Of a stretch of 64,000 nucleotides of DNA, positions 39,950 through 53,319 are shown piece by piece. Source of the stretch: the human T2T-CHM13v2.0 reference genome, Homo sapiens. Each line of letters opens with the position of its first letter. Positions within the stretch are counted from its first letter, which is position 1. The notes under the pieces were generated by a model. The model was not told where the DNA came from, searched no databases, and saw nothing but the letters and a program-made list of their open reading frames with translations. The stretch lies in NCBI RefSeq assembly GCF_009914755.1, contig NC_060926.1; one strand, written 5' to 3'. The translations under genes and the position numbers were made by a program.

Positions 39950-40960
39950 AAAGCACTTGTTAATATAGATCAATTAAGTAGTAGTGTTACAATTCTTAGG
40001 GTAGCCACTAAATGAATGCAAGAAAGAAGGGGAAAAGAAGCATAGATAGATAGAAAGCACAAAATAATATAAATATATCTGTAATTTCATTTAATATAAA
40101 TGAACTAAATGACCCAGCAGAAAGCTAAAAAATGCCACAGAGTGAAAAAAACAAAATCCAAATATAATCTATACATATAAATCATATCTTAAACAAAATG
40201 TATAGAACTGTCAAAAGTAAAAAGAAAGAAAAGCACAGACCATGCAACCATCAACCAAAAGAAACCTAGTATATTAGATATAATACATTTTGAGCAAAAC
40301 TCACTCATAAAGAGGATCAAATCACAACAATGGAACATTAAAGTCACCCAGAAGATAAAAAGCTATTCTAAATTTATATGCAGTCAATAATATAGTCACA
40401 AAATACGTAAGACAAAAATTGCTACCACTACAAGGAAAAATAGAAAAATTCACCATCATATTAAAACTTTTGGCACAACTCTCTCATTACTGATTGATTC
40501 AAGCAGACCAAAACAACAACAACAACAAACAAACAAAGTGGAATATAGAGATTTAAAGAACTTGATTAATAAACTTGACTTATAAGTACATAGAATGTTA
40601 TCTCCCAAACTACAGAATACAGGGACTTTTAAAGCACACCAAAGACAGTAACAAAAATTAACTATATACTGGATCATAAACAAATAATGACCAGTTTTTA
40701 AAAGAGTGAATTTATAGTGAGTGTGCCCTCTGATGGCAATGCAATTATGATAGAAGTCAAAATGAACAAAGAAAAGATAATTATAAAATACATATATGTT
40801 TAGAAATTAAGAATTCCATTTATAAATAATCCGTGAGCCTATGGAGAAATCATAACTCATAACGGAAATTAGAAAATATTTTTAAATGAAATGTTAAAAA
40901 ATACATTTTAGAATTTGTGGGATCTTTTTCTAAATACATATGTTTAAAAAGAAAAATATC
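39950..40960 (+). mobile_element. Old L1M ORF2 endonuclease-region fragment
   Basis: aatataaatgaactaaat, ctaaatttatatgcagtcaataa, agaaaaattcaccatcata, ggaaattagaaaatatttt. Confidence 0.75.
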
Positions 40961-41734
40961 ATAGGTTAGCTCCCACTTATAACTGAGAACATATAATGTT
41001 TTGTTTTCCTTTCCTGAGTTACTTCACTCAGAATAATGGCCTCCAATTCCATCCAGGTTGCTGCAAATGGCATTATTTCATTCCTTTGTATGGCTGAGTA
41101 GTGTTCCATGATGTGTACACACACACACACACACACACATGCATATATATATATCATATATGATATATACCTTATATATAATATATGTAATATATCATAT
41201 ATGATATATATGTAATATAAATATATATGTATGTAATCTATATCATATATGATATATATAAAAATATCTCTCTATATAATATACATTATACATTATATAT
41301 ACATATAAACATATATGATATAAAATATAGCTTAGCCCTCACTTATAAGTATAGATCATATATATCATATATCATATATATCATATAAATCATATATCAT
41401 TTATAGATTATAAATATATATAATATATCATATATATTTATATATGATATATATATATATCACAACTTTTTTATCCACTCATTGATTGATGGGCATTTGG
41501 GATGGTTTTATATTTTTGCAATTGTGATTTGTGCTGCTGTAAACATGCATGTGTCTTTTTTGTATAATGACTTCTTTTCTTCTGGGTAGAAAGTAATGGG
41601 ATTGCTGGATCAAACAGTAGGCCTACTTTTAGTTCTTTAAGTAATCTCCACACTGCTTTTCATAGTGTTTGTACTAGTTTACAATCCCACCAGCAGTGTA
41701 AAAGTGTTCCCTTTTCACCACATCCATGCCAACA
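40961..41734 (-). mobile_element. L1PB-like ORF2 C-terminal fragment without 3'UTR or poly(A)
   Basis: Peptides [20 protein letters not shown] and FAATWMELEAIILSEVTQERKTKHYMFSVISGS* are the L1 ORF2 C-terminus. Confidence 0.88.
41117..41460. repeat. (CA)n followed by a long AT-rich (TA)n-like tract
   Basis: Read directly. Confidence 0.95.
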
Positions 41735-41799
41735 GAAAACCATTTCTTAAACAACCCCTACATTATAGGGAAAAAATGGGTTATATTAAATTTAGGAGC

Positions 41800-42070
41800 T
41801 AGCCATGCCTTTGTCCCAGCTCTAACACAGCTCCTTCTAGAAGCTTCCTCTGACTCCTCTGAGCATCTTAATGCTTGCTGTTTTGATCCCAGATCCTAAT
41901 ACCACCCTTATAACGTTGTACCGTTGTCTTATAATTTTCACACCTGTCAATTACACTGAACTTTGAGTTTCCTCATAGCAGAAACTCTGTCTTATTGGTC
42001 TTTATCCTCTGAAACTTAGCAAACTGCCTGCCACCTGGAGGATGCACAATAAATGGATGATGAGTTGTTA
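41800..42070 (+). mobile_element. L2 3' relic
   Basis: ctttgagtttcctcatagcagaaactctgtctta...cttagcaaactgcctg...caataaatggatga. Confidence 0.65.
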
Positions 42071-42785
42071 AATGCAAGAGTGCACCTACTGATGACGTTG
42101 CATTTATCTGCTCATCTTACAGGGCATTACTAAGAGTTTAAGATAGTCTTTCCTGCACTTGTAATGAGAAGCTCTCCTTTCAGACTCCCTTCTACATGAT
42201 GCGAAAGGCAGAATGTGTACAAAAATCCAGAGCAAAGTTTGCTAACAGAGTCCACTGCTGTTCACCAAGTCTTTGTGTTGGAATGCTTCTAGTGAAAACA
42301 CAAATGTAGTTTATAGAAAAATGTGCCTTTATGTTGAAATCCTCCAGGTTTTCGTGGAAGTGGTTCGGCTGGGCACACAGCATGCACTGAAATCTCCTGT
42401 GAACTGCTTGAGCACTACTGGATTGTTGCATTTAATTGGGCAACAGCTGGTGATAATTTTCTGTGTATGGAGTGAGGGATTTAGTGACTGATTCACTCTT
42501 TGCATTGTGTTTCATTATCTTCATTTTTGTCCTTTCAGCTTTTGTAATGGGCTATAAAGGAGTGTGAGGCAGAGAGGAACTGAGAACCTGACATGAAGCA
42601 GAGTCCTGAGATTTGCAAGCTGGGCACCATGCGCTGTTTCTTCAGGAAAAGCTTTTGTTAGCAAGTGCACAGACTCCCAATGCTTGCCTTAAAGAAACGT
42701 CTGAGATTCACTTAATTCAATGCCATCCTTCTCAGCTGGTGAAACAGAGGCGCAGAGAGGCAAAGAGGCCTACCTGTGATCACCC

Positions 42786-42823
42786 AGCAAGCCAGTTGCT
42801 GAGCAAGCCAGTTGCTGAGCAAG
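42786..42823. repeat. Perfect 16-bp tandem duplication inside a MIR relic
   Basis: agcaagccagttgctg x2, then agcaag. Confidence 0.9.
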
Positions 42824-45595
42824 GATTCAGGTCTAAGCCTACCTCCAGCTCTGTGTTCTTTCCCCGGTACTATAGTCTCTCCCTCCACCCCCTTCAACTG
42901 TCTTTCTCAAACATTACTCCCACCCACTCCATCCTTGATCAAGCTATGAGAAGGTCTGAGAAAAGGGCAGAGCTGTGACCTGCGATGTTTGACCTTTGAA
43001 GTCCTCTAGCTCTTCTTGAGTGACTTCAGTAGAAGTCTGAAAACAAAACAGAACACCAAAATCCCTAAGCGCAGTAGGAATCCTCTCCTCCTGAGAATCA
43101 ATTAGTGATTGTTGTAAAGCATTACACAAATGTTGTACTATTATTGGACAATCATCTGGCATGTGCTGGCTGAGCATGCTAATAGGAACCTGGATAGTCC
43201 TAAGAAACGGCTTGTCAATCTACAAGATACCCAAGAGAAAAGGAAGTTCAAAGTTGAAGTCGTTAGAGAAAGAACAGTAGCTTCTCATCATTAGAGGGTA
43301 ATGGCACTCAAAGGCTCTGTTATCCTACCCACTAGGCCCCTGGTTCCAGGCAAGTAGGCTTGGCCCTGACCGCCTTACTCTATCCTTTTGTGTTATCTGA
43401 AATTCTATGTCACTTCAAGTAATTTATGGAAACTGGCAAGGGATGGATGAATGGATGGATGGATGACAAACAGGCAAAGAGATAGAAAGATAATAAAAAC
43501 AGATGTTATATAAAAACTGTGAAGAAACAGCTGGTTTCTGCAGGGGACAGGATGCACCCTGCCTCAAGTCTCCTGAGCTGCCACTTGCACCTGGAGTGTT
43601 TTTTCTTGGCTCCTGGTGACGGACAGGGAGACAGGGCTTTCCTGCTGTCTTGTCTGCAGACAGTGATGGTGGCAGGAGGTGGATATGACAGGAGACCTTG
43701 ATTCCCTGCCTTGTCTTCCTCTGCATCTGCCAGGGAGCAGGGAACGGCACATGGACACAAGCGATGGGAGTTTCTTGCCTGTGCGTCCAGCTGTTCAGGC
43801 ATCAAGGCAAATGTAAATGCACCACAGCAAACATGTCACATGGCAGCTGCCATCCCTCAGTTCGCCCTTGGCCAGTCTCTGAGGAAAGAACACAACCTTG
43901 GGCAGAAACAAGGAGAGAGAACAACAAGGAAAGCTCAGGAGGCTGTGTTACCAAAGAGGAGCTGCCAGCCATTGTTCCATGGAGAGTGGCCTCAGTTTGG
44001 AATAATGCCAGGGAATGGTTCAGCAGCCTGGATGGAGTGAATGGAAGGAAAATAAATGTACCTTTTGTTGAATGACAGATATGACATGTATGTCATCAGA
44101 CAAAAGAAAAAGAGCCAGAAATAAGACAAAATGTGGCCAGGAAAAGCTTACTTCTGAGTAATTGATATTTCTTTTATGGACAGTGTGAATCTTCAACTGT
44201 AGGCTTTCCCTTTTTGCTTTGGTTGCCAGGGAGCCCATGCTTTAATTTTCAATTCAACTTCACTAAGCAAGTAACACCTTATGGAATAAATTCCTATAAC
44301 TAACTTTCCCTCTGGTTTTATCATACCATTTTATCTATATTTTCTCACATATTGACTTAAAACATCCATCTACATATTGCTATTTTATTGCATTATAGTC
44401 TCACAAGCTGCATCAAAAAATTTTTGGAACAAAGCAAGGCAGGAATATATGCATGTAGGCCAGCAAGATTTGAAAATAAAAAAAAGCATTAATGAGTGTT
44501 CTAAATGCAACTGGAACCCAAAAATAGGGCATGAGAAGGAGAGCATGGGGTGCCAAGACACTTTTATCCTCTTCCCAGTTGAGTGACCAGATGCCTGCAG
44601 CATTGAACTGATTATCTCATCTCCCCTGAACCCAGTTTCACCAAGGGTAAAAAGGGAAGAGTTGTTTAGATTGTCAATAGGATCCCTACCAAATATAATC
44701 ATTTATTATTTGAAGTTTGTACAGCTTGTGTTCACCTCCCAGGAAGAGGGTTGGACTTGGGAGAGGAGTTTAGGGCCAAAGCGTGCCACCCTGCAATTGA
44801 GACACTGCTTGAGGAAGGAGGCACTGAAGGCTGACTGAGGAGTAAATAGAGGTTCCAAGGACTCTGTTATTTAAATGAGGTAAGAGTTGGCTTGGGAATT
44901 GGCAATTGAAAAGTGGAGAGAGAAGAATTTGAATTTCCACTTTGTTGAACTCAAAAGAAGAAAAAGGACTTTGCTAAGGCAGGACATAAAGGGGGCTGAG
45001 GGCATGCGGCTCAAACCCCAGGGCTTGGGAGAAGTATGGCTAGAGAGAGGAACCACATTCCTGATGGCTCCTCACAATGGTGACCTTTGAGAAATCCCAA
45101 ATGGAAGTCAAGGACAGCCGCCATATGTCCTGACAAGCGCAAGATGATTATAGGTTCAGGAATGCAATTTAGAACCAGGCCACAGGGATGGGTGGAGCCT
45201 GCCTTGGCGAGAGTGGAGGACTCCAATTGTGTTCCATTAGGGCCGCCCAAATGCATGCCATACATTCACTCATGGCGATGGAGCTCGGTAATGTGTTCAA
45301 TATTCTCCAACATCGTGGTCACATCAGTGGAGCATACTGGCTCCTATGTGGCTGGAAAATGCCAGAACATGGGCAGAGAAGGCTAACATCTTAACCCTGA
45401 TTCTTTGTGGAAACATCAAAGATCCATTCTGGATCTTAATAAGTGGAATCCAGTAAAAATTTGGTGAAACCTGATCTTACTGCCTTGTTTGGTCAGAAAA
45501 TCTGGGATTTCTGCAAATTGGTTGATTAGGACAAATACATACCAACATTTCTGACCTCAGAGCCAATAACCACTCTGTCAATCAAGCAGTAGGTT

Positions 45596-45713
45596 TGTGT
45601 GTGTGTGTGCATGTATGTGTGTGAGGGTGTATGTGTATGTGCATGTGTGTATATGTGTGTGTGTATGTATGTGTGTGCATGTAAGTGCATGTTTGTGTGT
45701 ACATGTGTGTATG
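45596..45713. repeat. Degenerate (TG)n simple repeat
   Basis: Read directly. Confidence 0.9.
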
Positions 45714-47507
45714 CCCGTGCTGTGTGCCATCTCTGCATTATTGTGCCTTACCCTATAAACACAATATATCATTGTTTCTCTTAAATTGCTTTATCCTATG
45801 AGTGGGCCACCCAACCCAATGTCTGTGTGGCCCATGGCGGGGTCTAAAGAAAGAAAGATGAATGTCTGTCTCCTGAGACACATAGATTTTTAGAAAGACA
45901 ACGTCATGTGCAGATGTTTGAAGCAATAGAAAGAACAGAGATATGGAACAAAACAGAGCTGCCTTCAATCCCAGCTGCTCCCAAGCAGCGGGTCCCTAGA
46001 GTAGCCTGGACAGCTACCTGGGACTTCACTTACCTACATGTAAAATGGCAGGAAAGCCCTGCCCCGCAAGTGCTGTGCAGAGCGAGTGCAGCACTGTCTG
46101 TGGAGGGCTCCCGGTGCTTAGCAAGCCTCCTTACATCCTTCTTCCCTGTCCTGCCCATTCTCTGCTGATAGGAGCCTGGCCAGTCAGGAGCATGGTCCAG
46201 CTTTCTCAACTATGTCATCCCTGTGGAATCAATGGGAGTGTGGAATGAAGGGAGACGTAGTTAAGGAGCCGGGAGATGCTGGGAGTGACCTTATTGCCAG
46301 CCCTCGGCAGATGTTCCTCAGTGATAAGTCACGTATGGAATAAGAATGGCCTATCACACTCCCCACTCCAGCATAGTCTGAGACTATGGGACAGTCCTGA
46401 GTTAGCCTGGCATTGACCCCAGAGGGAAGACCCTGCCCAGAGGCTCCACTTTCCTGGTGCCCTTGTAGGGAGGGGCCAGGCCATGGGGGGACTCCTCGGG
46501 TGTCACTGGCACAAAGACCAGAGGCCCGGGTGCTTCTCATCTGCCAGGAGGGAAGCACCGGGGGCTGAAGATTTGACCTGTGAGGATGCTGAGGCCTCCA
46601 GGAGAGTCCTCCAGCCCAGGCCCGGCTCTGACACTGTGGGACCAGAGGAGAACTGGAGGCTCTCAGCCCCCAGACGTATGCCTTCTCCCCACCAGCTTCT
46701 GCTCGTTTCCACAGTGCAGGGGCCCTCCGAGCCTGAGTGTGGAGCCCCCAGCCTGGGAGTCAAGCTGCAACCTCCCCTTCCCAATAACCACCCCTGCGGC
46801 CATGCCTGCCCTGTGATGAGGGGTGTGCAGCCTGGCGTGTAGAATTTTAGAAAGACACTACCGTGGGGTGACACCAGTGCCATGGTTCCTCCTTGGGATG
46901 AGCTGATGCACGCCTCAGAGGAGACTTAGGGCTGGTTGGTTAGGGAATTCTGGAGTCATGGGGACTCAGAGCTTAGAAAGTGGAGAAGATGGAGTGGGCT
47001 CCCAGTGGGCCCAGCCTCACATGTTTGCCTCATCAGGTGAGGAGGGGCATAGTGGGAGAAGCTGGAGTGGGATTCTCTAAAACGCAGGGCCCAGAATAGG
47101 GGACTGTCTTACCTGGGCCAAAGGAATGTACTCTTCAAACCAGGCAGCACCAAAGAGCAAAAGCTGAGACAAGAAAGTGAAATAAGAGCTGAAGGAATGA
47201 GGGAGCCTGAGAGGCTGTCAGGAGGATCTTAATGCAGCATGGAAGTCATCATAACTCCATGGAGAGGGGCACTCATGCACCTGCCCATGCGTTTGAGACT
47301 CAGCAACATTTGGATACACTGTTGAGTGAGGAACAAGGACACAAGAAGACCACACTGATGCTCCTGGGCATCATCTGGGCTACATTTTGGAGATTCAGGA
47401 TGGCTTGGACCTTGCCATGGGGTTGCCCAAGAAAAACTCATCACACTTTAACAATTCACTGCTCTCTGAAAAAAATGAATATGGCGCCATGTGAGCCACC
47501 ATAACGT

Positions 47508-47547
47508 CTGCAGTAGGGAGAAAACTATTTTTTTCTCCCTACTGCAG
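47508..47547. repeat. Perfect 17-bp inverted repeat with a 6-nt loop
   Basis: ctgcagtagggagaaaa-ctattt-ttttctccctactgcag. Confidence 0.95.
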
Positions 47548-49008
47548 GAACATGTCTGCTAAACCTGCTTGTGATTTTAAAATGTGGGAACCAGTTTAAA
47601 GTCAGGGATAGAACTTAGTATTAGAAACATGTGTAACCCAGGCAGCCTCTGGCTGTTCACCCCACAATCCACCTGCAAGACATTGGGGAGCGTCTCCTTA
47701 GCAAAGCAGTGACCCAGAAAGGTGAGGTCCTGTCTGTCTTGAGAGTATGTGCTTCATGAGTGCTTTCTCAGCCCCAAAGACCTCCAAAAATTGCAGATTA
47801 AGTGAAATATACATTTTGTAGCAAAGACTTTACTTTCCAAAGTTTTGGAAACTTGACTACTTCCTGCCAAATTAGAGATATATTAAATCCAGTAGGGTGT
47901 GCCATGTAAGTGTCCTGGTCAAATAATTTTAAAAAGTTTCCAATACCCAACAAAGATAAAATGCCCTCAAATTATTGTCTCAGATCTGTTGGAATCAATG
48001 TTGCTGACAGTCACAAGCCATTTATCAAAACTGGTTAGTAATCTTTTCTTTGGCTGGATTTTCTTTTCCATCACAACAGTGATGAGCAGATCTTGATTAA
48101 GACAGAATGGTCCACACGCATAATAACCTTAGATTTTTTTTAAGTATTTGGCAAATGTCAAAGCAAAGAATAACTTGAACAATTCTATAAAAAATGTGTT
48201 CCTGTGGTCATGTTCATATCCTTCCAGTTATAGGAAAATGAAACAAAGAAAAACATTTAGCCTTCTCAAGTTACCGTAGTTTTGAACTGACTTAATTTTC
48301 CAAGCCTGTTAAGAAAAATTCTTAGAAGATTGAAATATGTCAGTATACATATCCATGTGCATGTAGGACTTTATGTGAACTAAATTATCTACTCAGTAAA
48401 CAAATATTGGCAACTCACATGGGATAGACACTTGACTAGGTGCTAAGGCAACTATCCTAGTCACACAGGAGAGAAGGCATGATTCCAAGGAAAGATAATG
48501 GGCTCGGAGCTGGAACAGTTTTTGTGACCAGGGACACGTGACTCAAGCTCTCTGGGCCTCAGTTTCTGGATGGTATGAGACATCAGTTATCATAGAGTGT
48601 CACTGGGAGAGAGAAGATAATAACCATAGATGCTTCACGAAGACAGGAATTACCTTGACCACCATTGCTTTCTCAGTCCTTACACAAATTCCAGTTAGCT
48701 CTCCTCTTCTGTTGGGAGCCTAGAATTCGATCAGAAGCTGTGGGAGAGCAGAATGTTCTCAGCTTTGCTACAATCTACAATCTTTTTATATTAAAAGCCG
48801 AGCTTCATCTGTATGATTGTAAAACCTTGGCGGGGGGTGGGGAACTCATTAACCCTTTCCTCAAGAAATCTAAAAATACATATATCTGCTTGTTTTATGT
48901 CTTTTGGTTTCAACCTAGAACAGAACATAAAACAAGCTTTAGGGTGACATGAATTGAGAAGGAGCAGAGACACTGGCAAGTATGAAGCTGAAGGGATCCA
49001 TGCGTGCA

Positions 49009-49351
49009 TGATATGGTTTGGCTGTGTCCCCACCCAAATCTCATCTTCAATTCCCACGTGTTGTAAGAGAGACCAAGTGGGAGGTAATTGAATCATGGGG
49101 GCAGATCTTTCCTGTGCTGTTCTCATGATAGTGAATAAACCTCACGAGATCTGATGGTTTTAAAAAGGGGAGTTTCCCTGAACAAGCCCTCTTCTCTGGT
49201 CTGCAGCCGTGTGAGACGTGCCTTTCACCTTCCACCATGATTGTGAGACCTCCCCAGCCACTTGGAACTGTGAGTCCAATAAATCTCTTTCATTTGTAAA
49301 TTGCCCAGTCTCAGGTATGTCTTTATCAGCAGATGAAAACAGACCAACACA
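49009..49351 (+). mobile_element. THE1 (THE1A-like) solo LTR
   Basis: tgatatggtttggctgtgtccccacccaaatctcatctt...gtatgtctttatcagcag...accaacaca. DUX4-type TAATTGAATCA at 49085-49095. Confidence 0.92.
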
Positions 49352-49786
49352 GTGAGATTCTGAGGGCCTGAACTTAGGCAGTTTGGGAAGTGAAAAATAA
49401 ATAGGCAAATCCTCGAGCTATGAGGTGATAGCTCATAGTTAACTTTGTCATACATTAGGGACAGAAAAGAGGAAGTGTGTCCAAGGGGCTGGCACACGGA
49501 AGAGTGAGCCACAAGGCAGGAAGTTCCTTAGAGGTGATGGGGGAGCTCCCTCATAGGCAGGAAATTACTATTTTGATTTTTGCCATTAGTTTTCAAGATG
49601 AGGCACCCCATACCTTGTGCATCTGAAGCTCCCCGCCACCAGCACAGCAGAGTAAATGTCCAGCTCTAAGAATCGGGGTGCACAGCCTAAACTGGAAACT
49701 ACAAGCATGACATTACTTCAAATCTTTTCTTCTTTAAAAAAAAAAGTCTAGATCGGTGTATTCTATATATACGTGTGTGGGTAGGG

Positions 49787-49787
<1 letters not shown>

Positions 49788-49827
<40 letters not shown>
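49788..49827. repeat. Compound (GT)n(AT)n microsatellite
   Basis: Read directly. Confidence 0.92.
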
Positions 49828-52800
49828 AAATTAAGACATATGTATATATATGTCTTAATTTAAAATTAGTGGCATTGCATTTCCCCCAAATTAAAGCAAA
49901 TTTGACTCTCTATGAAGTCACGCTGCGTGTTTTCTGTAATTGCAAGGGTCTTGCAGGGACAGTGCGCATGCAGCTCCCTGGTGAGAGGCAGACCATGGAC
50001 AGTTGAGAGGGGATGCAGATGAGATAGGGGTGCAGGTGGGGTGGGAAGCAATGAGACCAGTTGGCTAGGAGAGTTCGGGGCAGAATGGCCATATGCAGAG
50101 GTCCCGGTTCAGGCAGCCTGGGAAGCTCAGAGAGGGTCACCAGATGGCTCTGGAAATAAAGGGCAATGGTAGCAAGTGTTGACACTTGAGGAAAGCTCAG
50201 AGAGGGTGACCAGATGACCTTGAGGAGTGAGGACAAGTTGGGCAGTGTGTCTCCCAGAGACAGAATGAAGGGCTGGATGGAAGTGAGGACAGATGCATGT
50301 GACTTGTTTGAGCCACTTAAATTCAGAAGTTATGGGAGGTGACTGTCAGGCACAGAGGGGTAAGTGGAGGCACTGGCAGTGTAAGCCCAAAGCTGCCTGA
50401 AGTCTGAGGTTCAGGACACCAGGGAAAAGCAGGAAGGACACAGCACCCAGGCTGAGAGTGCCTCACAAGATGGGGAGAAATGTCACATCTTGGGCAGCTG
50501 CAGAGAGAATGGGCCCCCAGGAAGACTGTGTTTGGCTCATGGAATCATCCAGCAAATACCATGCCAGCCCCATGCTGGGTGCAGCTAATGTGGGTGAGGA
50601 CCAGAGCCAGGAAACCAACAATGAGTGACACAGCAGAGAGGCAAAGGGGTTGGGCAACCCCGAGAAAGAAAACCCAGGCAGCCGGGAAGAGGGTTTGAGC
50701 CATCTAGAGAATAGTGGACGTCCTTTGATGTCCAGTGAAACCCTGGGTATCCCCTCCATGCCTTCCCACCACCTCTACTCTCCGCTGGCCTCTCAGGTCT
50801 CCTGGAAGCACAGAAGGAAGAACCCCAGTCGCAGAGGCGTCCTTCTGTTGAGCACTGACCACGGGCTGCCTCACCCAGCTGAACCCCCTCGACAAGTCCA
50901 CCAGGGAGCTGCTGATGGTATCTCTGCTTTCCAGTGAGGGAGCTGAGGCTACCCAAGATTCAGAAATTTCACTGGGGTCCCAGTGAACAGAGGCACAGAA
51001 ATGAGACCTAATTTGTCCCAGAGTCTGACTCCATCCTTCAGTTAACACTCTGCATACTACTCAGTTTGATCTTGAGGCTTTGAAAGGAGCCCTCCGTTGT
51101 AGCCTTTCAGGTACTTCATTGAGGTTTCATGACTGGCTGCATGGCTGTGCCTATAAGGTTCGATCCATTACCTAGATGCATGTGTGCAGGTCTGCAGAGG
51201 TATCCTTGTCTGTGGATTTGCGTCACTCCAAATCGGCAGTAACACAAGGCAAGAAACAGCCTCCCCCACGTGATACATTCCAACCAATTTTTACAAACCG
51301 AAGCCTCTGTCTCCTGGCTTGCAGATGTTTTCACCAGTGTCGTATTTTATTTTCATGCAAACCTGGATGTTTCTAGGTAGGATTTGCACTCTCTGGTTCC
51401 TGTCCCCACTATGCTACCTGCAGCAACTTCCCGCAATGCTGCCACTCTCCGTGCTCTGAAGGCATCTGAGTTGATTACCCATGATTACATTAATATCAAT
51501 GGATTCATGACCATTTTTGTTGCATACTTAATACAACTTAAAACAAGATCTTCCAGATCAAAAGGGTCCTCGTCCAAGTAAAGGAGGATAGTGATGACCT
51601 GTGTACCATGATTTTGCAAAAGTTAGACCAGACAGAATTGCCTGTGGTGGTTTTCTCAATAATATACATATGAGCCACAATTAAGAAAGCTGCATGTCAG
51701 CTGATGCTAAAACAAACAGAATACTCCCCCCAAATAAGCCATGATAATAGGTACAATTTTAGAATTTCACTGAACTTATATTTTATAATGAGTGGAGGGA
51801 GAATTATCTGACAGAATGGCCTCTGAGGAGAGTTTGTTGTTAGAATTAATGTTTCTTTAAAAAAAAAAAAGAAAAAAAAACAACTTTGCAAATCTAGAAC
51901 TATGAAGATAAAAATTTGTTTACCCCTCTAACTAGCTTTTGGCGCAATGAGCAAACCACACACTATTTGGGACTTTCAGGAAATGTGGGGAGTGAGGTGA
52001 TGGCAGACTGAAGACCTCCCTTTGCCCAGCTGTGTTCTGATACCTGGAAGGGATCTGCAAGTAAGAGTAGAATCAAAATGCAGATGTAAAACCAATCCTG
52101 TCTTCCAGGTGGGAGGAATAATGTTATTAAAGCATCAGCTACATCCTGGTCATCAGCACACGTGGCCTCAGCTGCTTCCACAGCAGGTCTGTGGAGCTTC
52201 CTGATCCTGCCCTTACACAGCACATGGAGGAGCAAAGGGTGGGCACAAGTCTAGCTTGTGGCGGAGCAGGGTTGCAATCCGGCCCTGCTTGGAAGCCACA
52301 CCCCACGTTCTCACCATCTACGTCCCCAATTCTATTTTGAGCCACTTTGCAATTTCCCATAACTTTGAACTGCCTCCAGAGAACTGCACCTGAGATTCAC
52401 CCCCTAGCAATGATGAGCGGAATAGTCACCGTGAGTCCAAGGAGTTTCACCACGTGTGCTGGACACCTTCGCCATGGCCCTCCTCTCTATGTACCCTGGA
52501 ATGCACAGCTCTGCATGCAGGGTGAGAATGGAAAGTGAGCCCAGATGGAAGCAGTTACTAAGAAGACCAGGACTTCAAGTGTCAGCTCTCAGCCAAGCAC
52601 AGACCAGCCATGTGTGCAGTTTGCTGTGTTTGTAAACCCAATGCTTTGGAATTGGAGGCAGCTGTGAAGACAGAGTGGGATCAGAACCCCTAGAGTACAC
52701 CGTGGAGGACACACATGGCCTTAGAGAGCCATAGCCAAGGGTGGTCTGTGCTACTGTGGGTCCCTCTCCCAGCCACAAATCAGAGACTATTCAATTCTAG

Positions 52801-52919
52801 AGACCCTCCCCATGAATCATCATCCCTTTGTTCAAAAGGCAGAGTCTTTCAGGTAGAGCTTTTCAGGTGGAGGCTGGTGAAAAGTGGAGCTGTGTATCTT
52901 CGTCCATTCTTCCAGGCAA

Positions 52920-53129
52920 CAGTAATCCACTGGATTAAGGTCATGGGGTCGCCAAGGCTCCTCTTAGCGGCTACTTTCTCTGGAGTCCAGCCCTGACCAT
53001 CCATCAGTGCAGACCCAGATGCTTCAGTAATCCACTGGGTTAAAGTCGTGGGGTCGCCAAACCTCCTCTCAGAGGCTGCTTTCTCTGGAGTCCAGCCCTG
53101 ACCCTCCACCGGTGCAGACCCAGATGCTT
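52920..53129. repeat. 105-bp tandem duplication, 2 copies, ~90% identical
   Basis: cagtaatccactgg...gcagacccagatgctt at 52920-53024 and 53025-53129; 11 mismatches counted by eye, no indels. Confidence 0.92.
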
Positions 53130-53319
53130 CTGTTGCCCTCATTGTACTCAAGACGGGCCCTCATCAAAGCCAGCCTTGGCACACCCTAAGAGTGTGTTCA
53201 CACCTCTTTCCTGTCCACCCTGAGTACCCCTTGTCAGCAGAGACGAGGACTGTTCATGTCTCATCCTCAGAAATAGATGTCCTCCCTGGAGCAGGATCCT
53301 TGCTCAGTCAATGCTTGCC

